A DNA stretch of 64,000 bases from an uncultured Verrucomicrobiae bacterium (GTDB lineage: Bacteria > Verrucomicrobiota > Verrucomicrobiia > Limisphaerales > DASXHY01): NCBI GenBank assembly GCA_963699145.1, contig OY969416.1, positions 453,293 to 517,292 on the forward strand. Direction: 5' to 3'. Made by a program: the position numbers and the translations under genes. This document shows positions 60,012 through 64,000 of this stretch, one piece after another. Each line of letters starts with the position of its first letter. Position 1 is the first letter of the stretch. Under the pieces are notes generated by a model. That model was given only the letters and a program-made list of their open reading frames with translations, did not search any database and was not told where the DNA came from.

Positions 60012-60827
60012 CTATTTGAAATATTGATAAAGCCCTTCCGCCCGATAACGCCGCCCCGCCACTTTCTGCGGGTCGCTGGAAGCCGTGACGCCGCCCGTGG
60101 TTTTATTGGCATCCAGCAGGACGGGTTTTCCTTCGTGAATCACGTAATCGAATTTGCCGTAATCAAACTTCATGGCCCTGGCCATTTTCATGATTTCCGG
60201 ATGCGGCTCGACTCGCTCCGAGCTGATCTGTGTCGAACCGTTGACGATCGGCTCCCTCGAAGCGAAACGCGTGCACGTCGCGCGATCTCCCAGAAACAGC
60301 ATCGCGCGCATGAAATAAATCCCGTCTTGAAACTCCGGCTGAAATTTTTCAACGACGACATTCGGGTCGTTGAAAAGCCGGGGATGCACCGCGTCCGGGC
60401 TGTCGTAAACCTGGTAGTCCAATGGAGAACCAAAATAGGAACTCGAGACGCCGCGCGGATCCCACGGCTGCCCCAACGCGCGCTCCGGTGTGCCCGCGAA
60501 ATTGTAGTTGGATTTGACGATCACTTTTCCCTGGTAACCGTCTCCCGCTTTCACCAGCGATTGGCTGATGGTGGATTTCCGGATATCCCGGACCTCGCCG
60601 TTGAGCACAATCGGGAAGCGCCGCGCAAAATCAAGATACTCCTGCGGCACCACCGTCAAGTCCACATGCACAATCACGAGATCCGCCGGAACAAATTCCT
60701 CCGTGCCAAAAATAAAAACGACTTCGTGCCCATCCTCCCGCCAGAATTCAGCGTAATGATGAATGAGATAATTCATCTGCTGCCCCCGCTGTTTTTGATG
60801 GAACAGAACGGCAATTTTGCGCGTCAT
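60012..60827 (-). CDS. ATP-grasp-like protein
   Basis: VIVKS, VVEKF, YGKFDY...PVLLDANKT pattern resembling RimK-type ATP-grasp folds. Confidence 0.6.
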   Translation of the reverse strand: MTRKIAVLFHQKQRGQQMNYLIHHYAEFWREDGHEVVFIFGTEEFVPADLVIVHVDLTVVPQEYLDFARRFPIVLNGEVRDIRKSTISQSLVKAGDGYQGKVIVKSNYNFAGTPERALGQPWDPRGVSSSYFGSPLDYQVYDSPDAVHPRLFNDPNVVVEKFQPEFQDGIYFMRAMLFLGDRATCTRFASREPIVNGSTQISSERVEPHPEIMKMARAMKFDYGKFDYVIHEGKPVLLDANKTTGGVTASSDPQKVAGRRYRAEGLYQYFK

Positions 60828-60966
60828 CACCGCAGGTTCCAAAATCACACCAGACGAGGACAAGAACAAACATCAGGAAACCCTCCGTGTGGACCGGAGC
60901 GCGAGTTGTCTTCGGGGAATTCTCTGCCGGATAAAACCGCAAACTGCGTTCCCAGAATGCCTTGAA

Positions 60967-61013
60967 TTAGAATTATTCCAAATCTTGACAAGGACAGGGA
61001 GGAGCCATAAGTT
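60967..61013 (+). promoter_or_regulatory. Per/Fur-type 7-1-7 box next to a sigma70 promoter
   Basis: TTAGAAT-t-ATTCCAA (60967-60981); TTGACA (60985)-N17-TAAGTT. Confidence 0.7.
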
Positions 61014-61022
61014 AGCCCAGGA

Positions 61023-61463
61023 ATGTCGCGAGTCGAACACAAAAAGTTGGATGAACATTTGAGCCGGCAGCTCTCCACGAGCGGCTTTCGGTTCACGCCG
61101 CAGCGTCAGCACGTCTATGATGTGCTGATCGAGGAGCGCGATCATCCCACGGCCGAGGAAGTCTTCATCCGCGCCAAGCGCGAGATGCCCGATATTTCCA
61201 TGGCGACGGTTTACAACTGCCTGGATGCCCTGGTGCAATCCGGCATGGCGCGCCAGGTGAACGTGGACCGCGGCGCGACCCGTTTTTGCCCGAACATGCG
61301 CGAGCATTGCCACTTTTATTGCGACACTTGCGCAAAAGTGTTCGATATTGATTTGCCCAGCGAGGGACCGGAAGGCATCACTTTGCCCAAGGGATTTAAA
61401 GCCGCACGTTTTGAGATTGCGATCCACGGCCTTTGCGCCAAGTGCGGCAGTCCCATTAAATAA
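61023..61463 (+). CDS. Fur-family (PerR-like) transcriptional regulator
   Basis: RFTPQR, HPTAEEV, SMATVYN, HCHFYCDTC, CAKC. Confidence 0.92.
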   Translation: MSRVEHKKLDEHLSRQLSTSGFRFTPQRQHVYDVLIEERDHPTAEEVFIRAKREMPDISMATVYNCLDALVQSGMARQVNVDRGATRFCPNMREHCHFYCDTCAKVFDIDLPSEGPEGITLPKGFKAARFEIAIHGLCAKCGSPIK

Positions 61464-61546
61464 AGATAACCGGTTAAATGAGTTAAATCCGCGAAGAGAC
61501 CCATTTAACTCGTTTAACCCATTTAACGGATTTAACCGATTTAACG
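61455..61546. repeat. Inverted nonamer arrays in the fur-sufB spacer
   Basis: ggttaaatgagttaaat / ccatttaac tcgtttaac ccatttaac ggatttaac cgatttaac. Confidence 0.85.
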
Positions 61547-61552
61547 AACAGC

Positions 61553-63001
61553 ATGAGCACGGCAACAGAGACAATTGAAGGTCTAGTCCAGCAGGAATAC
61601 AAATACGGATTTGTCACGGACGTCGAAACCGAGTCCGCGCCGCCCGGCTTGAACGAGGACATCATCCGGCTGATCTCGCACAAGAAAAAAGAGCCGGAAT
61701 GGCTGCTCGAATGGCGCCTCAAGGCGTTTCGTCACTGGCTGACCATGAAGGAGCCGAAGTGGCAGTTCGTGAAATATCCGCCGATCAATTTCCAGGACAT
61801 CACGTATTACTCCGCGCCGAAGCAAAAAACCGACGGCCCGAAAAGCCTCGATGAAGTCGATCCCAAGCTGCTCGAGACCTACGAGAAACTCGGCATCCCG
61901 CTGCGCGAACGCGGACGGCTCGCCGGCGTGGCGGTGGATGCGGTGTTTGATAGCGTATCGGTCGGCACCACCTATCGCGAAACGCTCGCCAAGCAGGGCA
62001 TTATCTTCTGCTCCATGAGCGAAGCCGTGCAGGAGCATCCCGATCTCGTGCGCAAATATCTCGGCCTGGTAGTGCCGTATACGGATAATTATTACGCGGC
62101 GCTGAACTCCGCGGTCTTCACCGACGGCTCGTTTTGCTACATCCCCAAGGGCGTCCGTTGCCCGATGGAACTCTCGACTTACTTCCGCATCAACGCGGCC
62201 AAGTCCGGCCAATTCGAGCGCACCCTCATCATCGCGGACGAAAGCGCGCAGGTGAGTTACCTCGAAGGTTGCACCGCGCCGATGCGCGATGAAAATCAAT
62301 TGCACGCGGCCGTCGTCGAACTCATCGCGCTCGACAACGCGCAAATCAAATATTCCACCGTGCAAAACTGGTATCCCGGCGATGCGCAGGGACGCGGCGG
62401 CATCTATAATTTCGTGACCAAACGGGGTTTGTGCCGCGGGCGGAAATCCAAGATTTGCTGGACGCAGGTCGAGACCGGCTCGGCCATCACCTGGAAATAT
62501 CCGAGCTGCATTTTGCAGGGCGACGATTCCGTGGGCGAATTTTATTCCGTCGCCGTCGTGAACAACTTCCAGCAAGCCGATACCGGCACGAAGATGGTGC
62601 ACATCGGCAAAAACACGCGCAGCACGATCGTCTCCAAAGGCATTTCGGCGGGCCGCGGCCAAAATAGTTATCGCGGACTCGTCAAAATCCAGAAGACCGC
62701 CGCGAACGCGCGCAATTTCTCGCAATGCGATTCGATGCTTATCGGCGACCGCTGCGGCGCGCACACGTTCCCTTACATCGAAGTGAAAAACACGACCGCG
62801 TCGGTGGAACATGAAGCGACCACGTCCAAAATCGGCGAGGACCAGATATTCTACTGCAACCAGCGCGGGCTTTCCACGCAGGACGCCGTGAACATGATCG
62901 TGAACGGCTTCTGCAAGGAAGTCTTCAAGGAACTCCCGATGGAATTCGCCGTCGAAGCCCAAAAGCTGCTCGGCGTGAGCCTCGAAGGCAGCGTAGGATA
63001 A
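61553..63001 (+). CDS. sufB: Fe-S assembly protein SufB
   Basis: [47 protein letters not shown]. Confidence 0.97.
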   Translation: MSTATETIEGLVQQEYKYGFVTDVETESAPPGLNEDIIRLISHKKKEPEWLLEWRLKAFRHWLTMKEPKWQFVKYPPINFQDITYYSAPKQKTDGPKSLDEVDPKLLETYEKLGIPLRERGRLAGVAVDAVFDSVSVGTTYRETLAKQGIIFCSMSEAVQEHPDLVRKYLGLVVPYTDNYYAALNSAVFTDGSFCYIPKGVRCPMELSTYFRINAAKSGQFERTLIIADESAQVSYLEGCTAPMRDENQLHAAVVELIALDNAQIKYSTVQNWYPGDAQGRGGIYNFVTKRGLCRGRKSKICWTQVETGSAITWKYPSCILQGDDSVGEFYSVAVVNNFQQADTGTKMVHIGKNTRSTIVSKGISAGRGQNSYRGLVKIQKTAANARNFSQCDSMLIGDRCGAHTFPYIEVKNTTASVEHEATTSKIGEDQIFYCNQRGLSTQDAVNMIVNGFCKEVFKELPMEFAVEAQKLLGVSLEGSVG

Positions 63002-63005
63002 GACC

Positions 63006-63191
63006 ATGAACGATAAGCAAGTCGCCATCGAAACGATCAATCATTTGCCCGAAGGCGCATCCATGGAGCAAATCGCCGAGGAGTTGCATATCATGGCGGC
63101 GCTTCGCAAAGGCAAAGAAGACGTTAAAGCTGGGCGCACGAAATCTCATGCTGAAGTCGAAAAATTAGTCGAGGCATGGATTTCAAGATAA
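63006..63191 (+). CDS. Small putative antitoxin
   Basis: 61 aa, LPE..S.E.I.EEL...G.EDVKAGR..SH.EV; overlaps the toxin start. Confidence 0.7.
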   Translation: MNDKQVAIETINHLPEGASMEQIAEELHIMAALRKGKEDVKAGRTKSHAEVEKLVEAWISR

Positions 63192-63478
63192 TCTGGACCG
63201 AATCCGCGATTGATGACTTGAAGGATATTTGCACGTATATCTCACGCGATAATCCTTCGGCGTCAGCGACTACGGGAAAGGGAATTCTAGGTCACGTTAA
63301 AATTCTTGAGACATTTCCGTTAATCGGTCCTGCGTATCCGCGCCGTTCCAGCGGGGTGATTCGCGAAATTGTTTACGGCAACTATCGAATTTTTTACGAA
63401 GTGTTGAACGAAACAAAGACTGTTCACATCCTGCGCGTGTGGCATGGCGCGCGGGGCGAACCAAATTTTAGAAAATGA
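63176..63478 (+). CDS. RelE/ParE-family toxin
   Basis: KIIWTESAIDDLKDI..YI..DNP.A, L.TFP.IG, REI.YGNYRIFY, ILRVWHGAR; low GC. Confidence 0.85.
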   Translation: MDFKIIWTESAIDDLKDICTYISRDNPSASATTGKGILGHVKILETFPLIGPAYPRRSSGVIREIVYGNYRIFYEVLNETKTVHILRVWHGARGEPNFRK

Positions 63479-64000
63479 GCAAACCTATTCTTGAAATCAA
63501 AGACCTCCATGCGGGGGTCGAAGGCAAACAGATCCTCAAGGGCGTCAGCCTGACCATCAATGCCGGCGAAGTCCACGCCGTGATGGGCCCGAACGGCAGC
63601 GGCAAGAGCACGCTCGCGGCGGTGCTCGCCGGCCGCGATGGCTATGATATCACCGGCGGCGAAGTGACTTACAACGGCCACGACCTCCTCGATCTCGATC
63701 CCGAAGAGCGCGCCCGCGAAGGCTTGTTCCTCGCGTTCCAATACCCCGTCGAAATTCCCGGCGTCAACAGCACCTATTTCCTCAAGGCCGCGCTCAATGA
63801 AATCCGCAAGGCCAAAGGCCAGCCCGAACTCGACGCGATGGAATTCCTCGCGCTCGTGAAGGACAAAATGAAACTGCTCGAGCTCAAGGATGATTTGCTC
63901 AAGCGCTCCGTCAACGAAGGTTTTTCCGGCGGCGAAAAGAAGCGCGCCGAAATTTTCCAAATGGCCGTGCTCGAACCCACACTTGCGATTCTCGACGAAA
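63475..64000 (+). CDS. sufC: Fe-S assembly ATPase SufC (runs off the window end)
   Basis: Manual translation from ATG 63475: MSKPILEIKDLH..GEVHAVMGPNGSGKST..FLAFQYPVEIPGV..RSVNEGFSGGEKKR..LDE. Confidence 0.95.
   Translation, partial: MSKPILEIKDLHAGVEGKQILKGVSLTINAGEVHAVMGPNGSGKSTLAAVLAGRDGYDITGGEVTYNGHDLLDLDPEERAREGLFLAFQYPVEIPGVNSTYFLKAALNEIRKAKGQPELDAMEFLALVKDKMKLLELKDDLLKRSVNEGFSGGEKKRAEIFQMAVLEPTLAILDE

Overview
GC-rich bacterial chromosome segment. The gene content (H-X9-DG prepilin-like protein, ECF sigma fused to a large extracytoplasmic tail, PVC-type CxxCH protein) suggests Verrucomicrobiota; this is inference. Left to right: a NarL-type two-component pair; a pectin/hexuronate cluster (GH28, ExuT-like MFS, GH43); an ECF-sigma fusion, MBL hydrolase, cytochrome c-sugar dehydrogenase fusion and cupin; a low-GC fic gene beside tRNA-Arg(ACG); a phosphate/polyphosphate region (sixA, CHAD, ppk1, ppx, acid phosphatase, prepilin-like gene, 1.3-kaa secreted protein) with 11-bp-period Pho-box-like arrays; copA; an ECF/anti-sigma trio; folA-thyA; sufD-U-T-S; FHA-PrsW; mrp; pyrR-pyrB with a PyrR attenuator; a BlaI/BlaR1 + histidine kinase/response regulator + ankyrin-protein cluster; methyltransferases; and fur-sufB-TA-sufC. 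The most unusual signals: (1) several families of palindromic (REP-like) and 7/9/10-bp periodic repeats that fill operon junctions and also sit in frame inside copA and a histidine kinase, and appear to supply start or stop codons; (2) a signalling cluster whose proteins share a coiled-coil module and a common promoter motif; (3) a putatively Pho-regulated pseudopilin/phosphatase/surface-protein module; (4) a suf operon split into two divergent halves. All family assignments come from motif recognition, not database searches.
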